In this document: in pieces, positions 19,001-25,054 of the stretch
Layout: the number at the start of each line of letters is the position of its first letter
Numbering within the stretch: the stretch's first letter is position 1
IMG/VR virus record: IMGVR_UViG_3300034411_000581
Coordinates: 1 to 25,070 of that record
DNA: 25,070 nucleotides
Origin: a virus
Lineage: Duplodnaviria; Caudoviricetes
Reading direction: 5' to 3' (one strand)
Translations under genes and position numbers: made by a program
Notes under the pieces: model-generated
Told to the model about the DNA's origin: nothing
The model's database searches: none
The model's input: the letters and a program-made list of their open reading frames with translations, nothing else

Positions 19001-21043
19001 ATTCCTTCTTCCGCAGAAGACTTTAGAGGGCTAACTTCATATACATTTGCTGGAAAAGGAAAACAAGGTGAAGCTGATCAAAAATTTATTGAAGACAAGT
19101 TAATAACACCTTATACTAGAGGTGTGGCAATGATTGAAGCGATTAAGCAACAAGTTCGCCGGGAATATAATGCTTTAGCAAAAGCTAATAAGCAGTACTT
19201 TAAAATGCTCGGTAAAAAAATTACCAATAGTGATTACACATATGATCAAGCATTAAGAGTCTACATGTGGACCCAGCAAGGTATTGAAATACCCGGTATG
19301 TCTAAAGACGACATCAATTTTTTAGTTAATGAAATTAAGCAATTTCCAGCGCTTATTGATTTAGGTAACCAGATGCAGCTTATATCTAGACAAGATACTT
19401 GGGCAGAGCCTGGTGAGCACTGGCTTTCTCGTACTTTGATTTCCGATTTGAACGGCATGACTGAAAAAGTAGGTAGAAAAAAATACTTACAAGAGTTCAT
19501 TGAAAACTCTGAAGCAATATTTAGCACAGAAAATTTAAATAAAATAGAAGCTGTTTACGGTACAAGGCATAGAGAAGCTATAGAAGATGCTTTATTTGCA
19601 ATGATTAACGGTACAAACCGTACTGTTGGTACAAAAAATAAGCAGGTAAATGCTTGGTTAAACTGGGTTAACAACTCTACCGGTGCAATCATGTTCTTAA
19701 ATGTTAGATCCGCTATACTACAAACACTTTCGGCTACCAACTTTATTAATTGGTCTGATAACAACCCGCTTAAAGCAGCAGCTGCATTTGCGAATCAAAA
19801 ACAATACTGGTCGGATTTCGCAATGATATTTAATTCTGACAAATTAAAACAACGCCGTTCGGGATTACAAACCGACGTTAACGCTGCGGAAATTGCTAAT
19901 GAAGCGGAAGGCGCTAAAAATAAAGCGGCTGCTGTTGTTACGTATTTATTGAAAATTGGTTTTACGCCTACTCAAATGGCGGATAGCTTTGCGATATCTA
20001 TAGGTGGCGCAAGCTTTTACAGAAACAGGGTTAAAACATATCTTAAAGAAGGTATGGATCAAGCAGCGGCGGAAAAGCAAGCGTTTGAAGACTTTAGTAA
20101 AACTGCAGATGAAGCACAGCAATCATCTGATCCGTATTTAGTTTCTCAAGAACAACGCAGCGTGCTGGGAAGATTAGTTCTTGCATTCCAAAACACTCCG
20201 ATGCAGTACACCCGCTTAATGAAAAAAGCGATGAAGGATCTTGCTAATGGTAGAGGTGATGCTAAAACACATATATCTAAGATTATTTATTACGGTGCGG
20301 TGCAGAACTTTATATTCTCAGCGTTACAAAGTGCTTTATTTGCTGTTATACCAGGGTTTGATGACGAAGACGAATCTGAAATGACTGATAAAGAGCGTGA
20401 AAAACTTGAACGCAAGAATGATAAAAGAAATCTTCGTATTATTAATAGTATGACAGATTCTATTCTGAAAGGTAGCGGGGCACGAGGTGCTGTATTAGCT
20501 ACTATTAAAAATACTATTACCGAATATTTTGCACAAAAAGAAAAAGGATTTATGGCCGATAGAGGCGCAGTTATATTACAAGCGCTTAGTCTTTCTCCGC
20601 CTATAGGTTCGAAGCTTAGAAAAATAAACTCAGCATTAGCAGGTGAAGCTTTTAACAAAGATATACTAGAAGCAAGAGGCTTTAGTATTATGGAAGATGG
20701 AAGAATAAACTTAAGTCCTGCATATTCTATAATAGGGTCTGTGGTTGAAGGAACAACTAACATTCCTTTAGCAAGAATGGTAGATCTTATTAATGGCTAC
20801 TCCGAAGCATTAGATTCTCGCAATACAGCTTGGCAACGTATAGCATTAGCACTTGGTTGGAAAACCTGGGATGTTGGTGCTAAAAATGAAGAGCACGATC
20901 TTATTGAGATTGAAGGTAAAGCAAAACGAAAAGAAGAAGGTAAAGCTAAAGCTAAAGAAACTCGTAAAAGCAATGCTGCAAAAAAGAATGCCGACAGGCT
21001 TGAAGAGTATTATAAAAAATATCCGGAACGTAGACCTAAATAA
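13064..21043 (+). CDS. Giant multidomain (polyvalent) virion/ejection protein (2659 aa) with zincin, sigma-2-like and zeta-toxin-like kinase modules
   Basis: Uninterrupted 7980-nt ORF. HEVSH at 15446-15460 with a downstream EE; KFDGRGTLYGYINGRISFRIKDMLK near 16150-16225; Walker A GGPGAGKS at 18308-18331 plus VVDGTG and RNRMR; hydrophobic G/A-rich segments in the N- and C-terminal thirds. Confidence 0.75.
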   Translation: MDLSKLSPEKLQNIADMNGVTVEELLAKASGGAGKQNDLMETDPPTSQNTETSAGESSSGDISLGSPETDLVQKSKEAIKNIKLSTEEIQDIEIKATEDLRIELAATNNIAIDAVTDEQLSELLPSKIQNLKSQALSNKIEPIMKDFEDESLNFFEEGVKDLRLASVWASKYLPEGLGKTLARVGQAAFVTEAEVEMQKGKKAITEDFKKSQTEAVAAHNKAAEEINNHAVTIDAIDVELQNLESKYENDPYSVTPQEQTEYTELIETRNAAATSLNNKLASLDQYIEEASTAAEVVDMVGRAYHPEEVALNRMEGATLRLVAGLGDVVRNVNPVKLTEVLTGGYQPRWAEVMDDGINSWTNDLYSEVQNLEARTRKKQEFLKIGESGNAAGDVFDFALDLFSEQVVNTAITASIPGAGLYIVSAGAAGNKFHEMDLQIEEGKNISAAQYYGAAFMHGAGEFITEKVTLGQAKGAFSATRKMFDLQAASGLTNIVPTVTKAFGTYGFNILSEAGAEGGSQIIGNIADKYILKENIGLYDGVAEAAISGAFMSGTAFSAPVLAVDLTRAFTYGPEIKAANMRSREMMDLKNKFDKLPVSEDPEVKQARAAILERIDELAEENVQAINVAAARVDELSRADKRALLDIDTKAQRFRGKIDSINGNKKLSEDQKKKMINRYSNGLNLLENQKSQIFGNTEASLGRARAKAFQMITAAEAGLDFNYIEGETSAEAIAEAKKLVEDSNLSEEAKAELNKKLEEASNEEGMNGFYLGAELGLPIALTTAEGKKRNSSVAAHEVSHATLFAKLLEGNADAVGLANDLASYLIKNHGALAARKLQGVINTYTKEKGFTDAQIAEEIMAAAVELTRRLDLDISKNQTLQGKLMSRWNKLFPNNKEITEVRTGKDVLDAIISFNSSFDKGEMSGLSKDIIEGKVKARQTTESAIKTAQANITYSKDQDISSAADRAKRVLEKVSSNMEFFDPNSPLIARVLPGMIQAQLAKLSIKGLQFDMDEANSDIILRLYSNGDINKFDGRGTLYGYINGRISFRIKDMLKASGEGKNDIVEDFNQSDVEDLKGVAADVTTVEQIEERTEAERPEYRPLLNSRIAKPELIENILAKIPRIVGTLKSRIDAPVSKNTTVTPLVNELRLALGKQIDIDLKKAMGGKKDGVLRRFLTDNKKAILENMTTTYLMSAFPAAIQKKVDGVFTSDWKGKKIDRETTDTDNAGRTSGAEIVRRLPNASVKIDDKTFLSFILDEKGNPLRGKKESLAKAIAEELSIEIINQEMQDPDSKIRQAFEANQERLGAELADNFVAKLKLDSERGNVKYSISLDVLQNKDFQKELSKLTSSITISGRQEVIDDNFKIIVGLETPFKKELEVALKIMLTEGILEEGKGLGFISQVELNENIPSDVVDELKRIHFGSSPTKGSLAEFEKLGEPVVNDIIPLFPYKILNKLGPQFFGATTRYTKMFKDKIKISGAFDINVPRALNVSLTHKFNNPSTGIFKEVYDILALDIPAAEKIKLFEKSEARKKILQANKHNRLLAVYAAKKLASTVQKNSFLGWLNGDSNMGVNPSTILRILQAQTNLKDGFRAYGNIEYITFKDGPQSNIKFEHVLDNATLMAKLANIMLSESNPDIANIKIEELFENNNLWAEDNATLDFIDTAGRNNPQQDARLLMLPKAQLDDVYYIGGATVVKAEPIVRQKVEANKAKASLKIDYEALVRSKNSLKQGTLFSLSTPQAIFMVGGPGAGKSSVIAGLNLVEDGYRLINQDPYLEKYIKEAGLPTDEKTYDKEQRSLRAKLGWKARKAAEEDLANNTAAKESMVVDGTGASYKATTKKMKALEDAGYEVHMIFVNTSKEVAVQRNRMRAERSLADFIVTKTWDNVQESVAKYREDYGSRFYGIEMDNLKFGEALPSSFVESVKGGLNKSKTQYSLSLSEEFNNMVERTKGVEADKVYSAAQARMQGERKGKYRLFIPSSAEDFRGLTSYTFAGKGKQGEADQKFIEDKLITPYTRGVAMIEAIKQQVRREYNALAKANKQYFKMLGKKITNSDYTYDQALRVYMWTQQGIEIPGMSKDDINFLVNEIKQFPALIDLGNQMQLISRQDTWAEPGEHWLSRTLISDLNGMTEKVGRKKYLQEFIENSEAIFSTENLNKIEAVYGTRHREAIEDALFAMINGTNRTVGTKNKQVNAWLNWVNNSTGAIMFLNVRSAILQTLSATNFINWSDNNPLKAAAAFANQKQYWSDFAMIFNSDKLKQRRSGLQTDVNAAEIANEAEGAKNKAAAVVTYLLKIGFTPTQMADSFAISIGGASFYRNRVKTYLKEGMDQAAAEKQAFEDFSKTADEAQQSSDPYLVSQEQRSVLGRLVLAFQNTPMQYTRLMKKAMKDLANGRGDAKTHISKIIYYGAVQNFIFSALQSALFAVIPGFDDEDESEMTDKEREKLERKNDKRNLRIINSMTDSILKGSGARGAVLATIKNTITEYFAQKEKGFMADRGAVILQALSLSPPIGSKLRKINSALAGEAFNKDILEARGFSIMEDGRINLSPAYSIIGSVVEGTTNIPLARMVDLINGYSEALDSRNTAWQRIALALGWKTWDVGAKNEEHDLIEIEGKAKRKEEGKAKAKETRKSNAAKKNADRLEEYYKKYPERRPK

Positions 21044-21049
21044 ATAACA

Positions 21050-21514
21050 ATGAAATTATCAGATAACTTAAGCGTTGCTGAGGTGATTAAATCAACTACA
21101 GCAAAGAGATGTGGCATAAATAACGAGCCTAAAATAGAACATTTGGAAAATTTAAAGGCAATTGCGCTAAACATCTTCCAACCAGCGCGTAATTATTTTA
21201 AAAACCCCATTGCCGTAACTTCTGGATATCGCAGTGAAGCTCTTAACGAGCGCATTGGCGGAAGTAAAACCTCACAACACTCAAAGGGTCAAGCTCTTGA
21301 CTTAGACGCCCAAGCATTCGGTGGGCTGACCAACAAAGAATTGTTTCATTACATATCAGAGCACACTGATTTCGATCAGTTAATATGGGAATTTGGTACG
21401 GAAGACGAACCAGATTGGGTCCATGTTTCTTACGTTGATAACCAAACAAACCGTGGAGAAAGATTAGTAGCCTACAAAAAAGACGGCAAAACAAAATACA
21501 AGTACTTTAAATAG
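21050..21514 (+). CDS. Peptidase M15-family zinc peptidase, probable endolysin (154 aa)
   Basis: Motifs TSGYRS, SQHSKGQALD (H-x6-D) and WVHVSY are the zinc-ligand signature of M15 peptidases; no signal peptide or wall-binding domain visible. Confidence 0.88.
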   Translation: MKLSDNLSVAEVIKSTTAKRCGINNEPKIEHLENLKAIALNIFQPARNYFKNPIAVTSGYRSEALNERIGGSKTSQHSKGQALDLDAQAFGGLTNKELFHYISEHTDFDQLIWEFGTEDEPDWVHVSYVDNQTNRGERLVAYKKDGKTKYKYFK

Positions 21515-21515
21515 C

Positions 21516-21791
21516 ATGGCAAAGGAAATTTCAGAAAACACAGTAGTAGGGTTATCCCTAAAAACTATAGGCGCTATTATGGCAGCGGTCGGGGTAGTTA
21601 CGCTCGGCTATTTTGACCTGCAGGCAGGCATTGAAGAAGCTAAACTTTTACCACCTGCTGAGGTTGGCAGAATGGAATACGATCTTAAAGATCAGCTAAT
21701 ACGTGAAACCATCATGAATACGCAAGATGATGTAGGCGATATTAAAGAGCAGCTCGATAAGATGGAAAAGAGACTATTTGAAATGAAGTGA
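21516..21791 (+). CDS. Small single-pass membrane protein with C-terminal coiled coil (91 aa); holin or inner-spanin candidate
   Basis: Hydrophobic stretch TIGAIMAAVGVVTLGYF followed by heptad-like DVGDIKEQLDKMEKRL; 1 nt after the endolysin stop. Confidence 0.6.
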   Translation: MAKEISENTVVGLSLKTIGAIMAAVGVVTLGYFDLQAGIEEAKLLPPAEVGRMEYDLKDQLIRETIMNTQDDVGDIKEQLDKMEKRLFEMK

Positions 21792-21792
21792 T

Positions 21793-22143
21793 ATGAAAAA
21801 GACAATACTTCTGTTGATTGCATTTTCACTATGTTCTTTTGCTTCTAGTACTATTAGCAAACGTGGCGTAGTTTTAGTGCATTACAACGCGAGCTTCAAC
21901 TCCGCAAATAATTATGTGGACGTTGTTAAAATTAAAGATGCTAAAATATTTAAAGCATCTATAGATAACAATGCTGCGCTAAAGCAAGATGAGCGCATAA
22001 GATCAGTGCCTACATTAGTATTGTACAAAAACGGTAAAGAGATTACAAGATGGGAAGCCGGTATTAATTTATCGCTTAGCCATATAGATTATCGTGAGAT
22101 ACAAAAAGAAGTTGACCAGCTAACCGGGGCTAATAAGTTTTAA
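21793..22143 (+). CDS. Exported thioredoxin-fold protein lacking CxxC (116 aa)
   Basis: Signal peptide MKKTILLLIAFSLCSFA; VVLVHYNASFNSAN aligns by eye with the thioredoxin VxFxAxWCGPC region; IRSVPTLVLYKNGKEITR is the cis-Pro/beta-hairpin motif. Confidence 0.75.
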   Translation: MKKTILLLIAFSLCSFASSTISKRGVVLVHYNASFNSANNYVDVVKIKDAKIFKASIDNNAALKQDERIRSVPTLVLYKNGKEITRWEAGINLSLSHIDYREIQKEVDQLTGANKF

Positions 22144-22145
22144 GC

Positions 22146-23237
22146 ATGAAAAATTTACTTATAACATTTTTTATATCAACCTCAGCGTTTGGGCAGGGAT
22201 TGTTAAAGTACAGCACGTTGTACACCAGTGTGTACGGAGCGTCGCCAATGGAAGCACAGTCAGAGTACTTTGTTTCTCAAGGTGGGGACCTAATGGATAT
22301 AACCATTGAAAACCCGTTTGATTACAGATATACATTTGGCATTCGCCGTGTAGCTCGTTACGATTACGAGAAAAGACAAAACCCATTTTACGATGGCCAC
22401 AATCAGTCTACAACATCTTTATTTGCGACTGTTGGTGCTGTTGAGGGGTTTGAGTACTTAGCTCAATTTGATCGCGGCAGACAGCAAGGAAACGATTATA
22501 TAAACCAACGTTACTTCCTTAGATACCTAGCCAAGCATTGGATGGTAAAAGCAGAGCTGTTCAACCAGGGATTAGTTAACCTAGATTACACTCAAGTTGA
22601 GGTAAGAGGTAGATTGCACGTTGGTGAAGTAGATTTTAGTTTGGGTGTTGCAGCACGACAGCACCAAGCTTATGGTTACAATCCTATTGCGGAATATCTA
22701 GCTACTAGTCCATGGTGGGACCTAGTGCGTGATATGGGTTATGAAGATATCTATTACGGTATCGATTACGATAACGACGACGAAATAGACAATGGAGACT
22801 GGTACTGGTTAGATCCAGACGGTAACAAAGTTGCTGATACTGATCTTGATTTTAGAAAGTATATATACGGCGATATTGTAAATGCATACAATGCAGAGCA
22901 GCTCGCCGGCATTGGCGCACTTGGCTCCTTATCAGCTATAATCGGTATTGATTACTATCACTACTCAGAAGACTTTTGGATTCATTCATGGGCAAGTATG
23001 TTGCCGTGGCACATGCATATCATAGGAGACCACGAGTTTTCATACGAGCAGTTTGCTGATGAATTAGAAAATACAAATCATTTTATACCAGGGCAATGGA
23101 TCGACTACAACTTCGGTGGAGTTATAGGTTATAAGATAGGATTGAACTGGGGTATATTCGCGGAAGGTGAGTATATGAAATACTGGGATAAAGAAGTCTT
23201 TGAGATCAAAGCAGGAATTAATTACCAATTCAGATAA
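22146..23237 (+). CDS. Putative outer-membrane beta-barrel protein (363 aa)
   Basis: Signal peptide MKNLLITFFISTSAFG then Q; aromatic-rich alternating strands (DYRYTFGIRR, DFSLGVAARQ, YNFGGVIGYKI, WGIFAEGEY); C-terminal FEIKAGINYQFR resembles a BAM beta-signal. Confidence 0.65.
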   Translation: MKNLLITFFISTSAFGQGLLKYSTLYTSVYGASPMEAQSEYFVSQGGDLMDITIENPFDYRYTFGIRRVARYDYEKRQNPFYDGHNQSTTSLFATVGAVEGFEYLAQFDRGRQQGNDYINQRYFLRYLAKHWMVKAELFNQGLVNLDYTQVEVRGRLHVGEVDFSLGVAARQHQAYGYNPIAEYLATSPWWDLVRDMGYEDIYYGIDYDNDDEIDNGDWYWLDPDGNKVADTDLDFRKYIYGDIVNAYNAEQLAGIGALGSLSAIIGIDYYHYSEDFWIHSWASMLPWHMHIIGDHEFSYEQFADELENTNHFIPGQWIDYNFGGVIGYKIGLNWGIFAEGEYMKYWDKEVFEIKAGINYQFR

Positions 23238-23251
23238 TAAAAACAAAAAAA

Positions 23252-24187
23252 ATGAGTTACAAAAGAACGCCGTTTAAGATGGCACCAAAGTCACCTTTAA
23301 CAAAAGCGCTTAAAGGTAATCAAGGAAAACTTCCGCAGCATTTGCAAGAAGCAATTAAAGCTGCACCTGAATCTCCAGCTAAAGCAATGATGGGTCCAGG
23401 CGTGCAAAAAGAAGCTGGTAAAACAGGAACAGCTGGGGCAAACAGTGCCGCAGGTAAGAACGCTGCACCAGCACCGGTTCAAGGCCCACCGCGCAAAAGC
23501 TCTGGTACTTTAAGTAAAAGTATTAAAGATCGCAGCTATGCTCCAGATACGTTTGAAGGTAAAACTCAATCAACTTTTAGTACACCAAAGCCTAAGGCTA
23601 AAGCTAAAGCGCCAGCGGCTAAATATGATAAAGAACTAAACTCTTTAGTTGCTTCAAGAAAAGGTTTGAAGAAAGGTACTGCTGAATACAACAGAGTACA
23701 GAATCGTATTAATGAAAAGTTAGGTAGCAGCGTTCGTCGTAGAGAGGAAGAGGCTACAGTAATTGCTCCTAAGAAAAAGAAAGCAACTGCAGCTCCTAAA
23801 GTAAATACAGCTTTACCAGCTAAACCTTCTGCACCTGCAGCTAAAAAACCTGCAGCCAAAAAGAATAGCCCGCGTATTACTCAAACAGCAAATCGAGCAA
23901 CAGTAGTTACTAAGTCTAATGGCGTTAAGAAAAAAGAAACTGTAAATAAAAACACTGGTAACAAGAAAGTTGTTGTTAAAGACGCAAACACGCGTACAGT
24001 CACTAAGACTAACAAAGCGGGTGAGTCAACCACTAAAACTACTAAGCGCATTGGTAAAGGCCGTATTAAAGGTGCTATCAAAAATGCTAGGCTAGCTCGC
24101 TTAGATAAAAAAGCAACGCGTCAAGCGGCTAAAGCTGCGGATAAGAAAAGTAAAGGCGCTGGTAAACTAAGTGGTCTTGGCAAGTAA
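23252..24187 (+). CDS. Lys/Ala/Pro-rich basic low-complexity protein (311 aa), histone-H1-like composition
   Basis: ATG after an A-rich leader; PAAKKPAAKK and KT-rich tracts; few acidic residues. Confidence 0.7.
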   Translation: MSYKRTPFKMAPKSPLTKALKGNQGKLPQHLQEAIKAAPESPAKAMMGPGVQKEAGKTGTAGANSAAGKNAAPAPVQGPPRKSSGTLSKSIKDRSYAPDTFEGKTQSTFSTPKPKAKAKAPAAKYDKELNSLVASRKGLKKGTAEYNRVQNRINEKLGSSVRRREEEATVIAPKKKKATAAPKVNTALPAKPSAPAAKKPAAKKNSPRITQTANRATVVTKSNGVKKKETVNKNTGNKKVVVKDANTRTVTKTNKAGESTTKTTKRIGKGRIKGAIKNARLARLDKKATRQAAKAADKKSKGAGKLSGLGK

Positions 24188-24335
24188 AGGATGTGGGCCG
24201 CAGCGGCTCGGTAGCCCATTGAAGCTTAAAGATGCATGCTACCATAAAGTAAAAGCACAGTATGATGTATTCCCCTCAGCTTATGCTTCTGGTGCCATCG
24301 CCAAATGCAGAAAGAATAAAGGAAAGAAAAAGTAA
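24171..24335 (+). CDS. Small basic protein (about 52-54 aa) with KDACYHKVK...PSAYASGA motif; not in the ORF track
   Basis: Translated by hand: (M)VLASKGCGPQRLGSPLKLKDACYHKVKAQYDVFPSAYASGAIAKCRKNKGKKK*. Start GTG 24171 or TTG 24177 overlaps the upstream gene end; TAA 24333-24335 is 1 nt before the next ATG. Confidence 0.75.
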   Translation: MVLASKGCGPQRLGSPLKLKDACYHKVKAQYDVFPSAYASGAIAKCRKNKGKKK

Positions 24336-24336
24336 T

Positions 24337-24621
24337 ATGTATATACAAAGTAACTCTCCCTTCAAAAAAGTCAGAAAGACTAAAGAAGGCTTAGCTCTTA
24401 AACGATGGTTTAAAGAAGAGTGGAAAACACCAGAGGGTAAAGAGGGTTACAGCAAAGGTGACAGCGGCACATTTAGACCAACTAAAAAAGTTAGTGCTGA
24501 TACACCTAAAACATATGCTGAACTTAGCCCAGCTGATTTAGCTGCTGCAAAGGAAGAAAGGAAAGCGAAAGGCAGAGTATCACGATATGACCGGTCTGAG
24601 TTAAAGAAAAACAAAAAGTAA
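24337..24621 (+). CDS. Small basic protein (94 aa) with LKRWFKEEW...RPTKKVSADTPKT motif
   Basis: Start moved from 24262 to ATG 24337 (MYIQSNSPFKK) because 24262-24336 is occupied by the preceding gene in another frame. Confidence 0.75.
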   Translation: MYIQSNSPFKKVRKTKEGLALKRWFKEEWKTPEGKEGYSKGDSGTFRPTKKVSADTPKTYAELSPADLAAAKEERKAKGRVSRYDRSELKKNKK

Positions 24622-24623
24622 TT

Positions 24624-25001
24624 ATGAGAAAAGGAATTGGACCAAACAAATTAGGTGCGGTTAAATCACCTATTAAGAAAACGGGGAAGGCTAAAGAAGG
24701 ATCGCCAGATACTAATAAAAAAGACCCGTATAAAGATAACATGACTGCTTTTAATAACCGCATGGCCAATAAAGCTACGGGTGGTATAAAAGTAGATAAC
24801 ACTATTGAATCTTTAGTTATGGGGGGGCCTGTAGTTAAAGGCGTAACAAAAGCAATTAAAGGTGCAGCTGGTGCTATTGGTGCTGGAAGAGCAGCTTCTG
24901 CAGTAGGCTCTAAAGTGGGGCATGGCGTAGCGGAAGCCGCACATGTCGGCGAAGTAGCTCATTCCGCAGCTCATATGAAAAAATCCAAAAACAAAAAGTA
25001 A
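24624..25001 (+). CDS. Small basic hypothetical protein (125 aa)
   Basis: ATG 2 nt after the previous stop; N-terminus KGIGPNKLGAVKSPIKK; G/A-rich and His-containing C-terminus; followed by a terminator. Confidence 0.7.
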   Translation: MRKGIGPNKLGAVKSPIKKTGKAKEGSPDTNKKDPYKDNMTAFNNRMANKATGGIKVDNTIESLVMGGPVVKGVTKAIKGAAGAIGAGRAASAVGSKVGHGVAEAAHVGEVAHSAAHMKKSKNKK

Positions 25002-25010
25002 AAGCCTATC

Positions 25011-25054
25011 AAAACAAAAAAAGGGGATCCAGTAACGGGTCCCCTTTATTATTT
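25011..25054. terminator. Probable bidirectional intrinsic terminator ending the late block
   Basis: Stem AAAGGGGATCC / GGGTCCCCTTT, loop AGTAAC; TTTATTATTT on the 3' side and AAAACAAAAAAA on the 5' side (a U tract on the minus strand). Confidence 0.8.

Noticed and set aside
13064-21043. Virion RNA polymerase, intein or intron in the giant ORF
   Set aside because: No DFDxD-type catalytic motif, intein splice-junction motifs or LAGLIDADG motif seen; the frame is uninterrupted.
7861-21047. Short alternative-frame plus-strand ORFs (7861-8055, 10123-10323, 20853-21047)
   Set aside because: Nested within large genes, with no motif or initiation context; none has the lipobox expected for an embedded o-spanin.
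24191-24214. ATG at 24191 as a gene start
   Set aside because: It gives only MWAAAAR before a TAG; the protein-like motif is in a different frame.
24262-24336. N-terminal 25 aa of the listed 119-aa ORF
   Set aside because: Overlaps the KDACYHK gene in another frame; ATG 24337 gives a coupled start with the shared SPFKK leader.
387-24802. The many 60-180 aa minus-strand ORFs (for example 2390-2932, 15691-16119, 16180-16623, 20290-20763)
   Set aside because: They lie antisense to long plus-strand genes, have the S/F/L-rich composition of shadow frames and show no recognisable motifs.
24821-24827. G7 homopolymer as a phase-variation site
   Set aside because: Short, in frame (Met-Gly-Gly), and no sign of a frameshifted remnant.
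1-25001. Stop-codon reassignment, as in some crAss-like phages
   Set aside because: Standard-code ORFs tile the window with tiny gaps. TAG (21512-21514) and TGA (21789-21791) are each followed within 1 nt by the next ATG, so they behave as stops.
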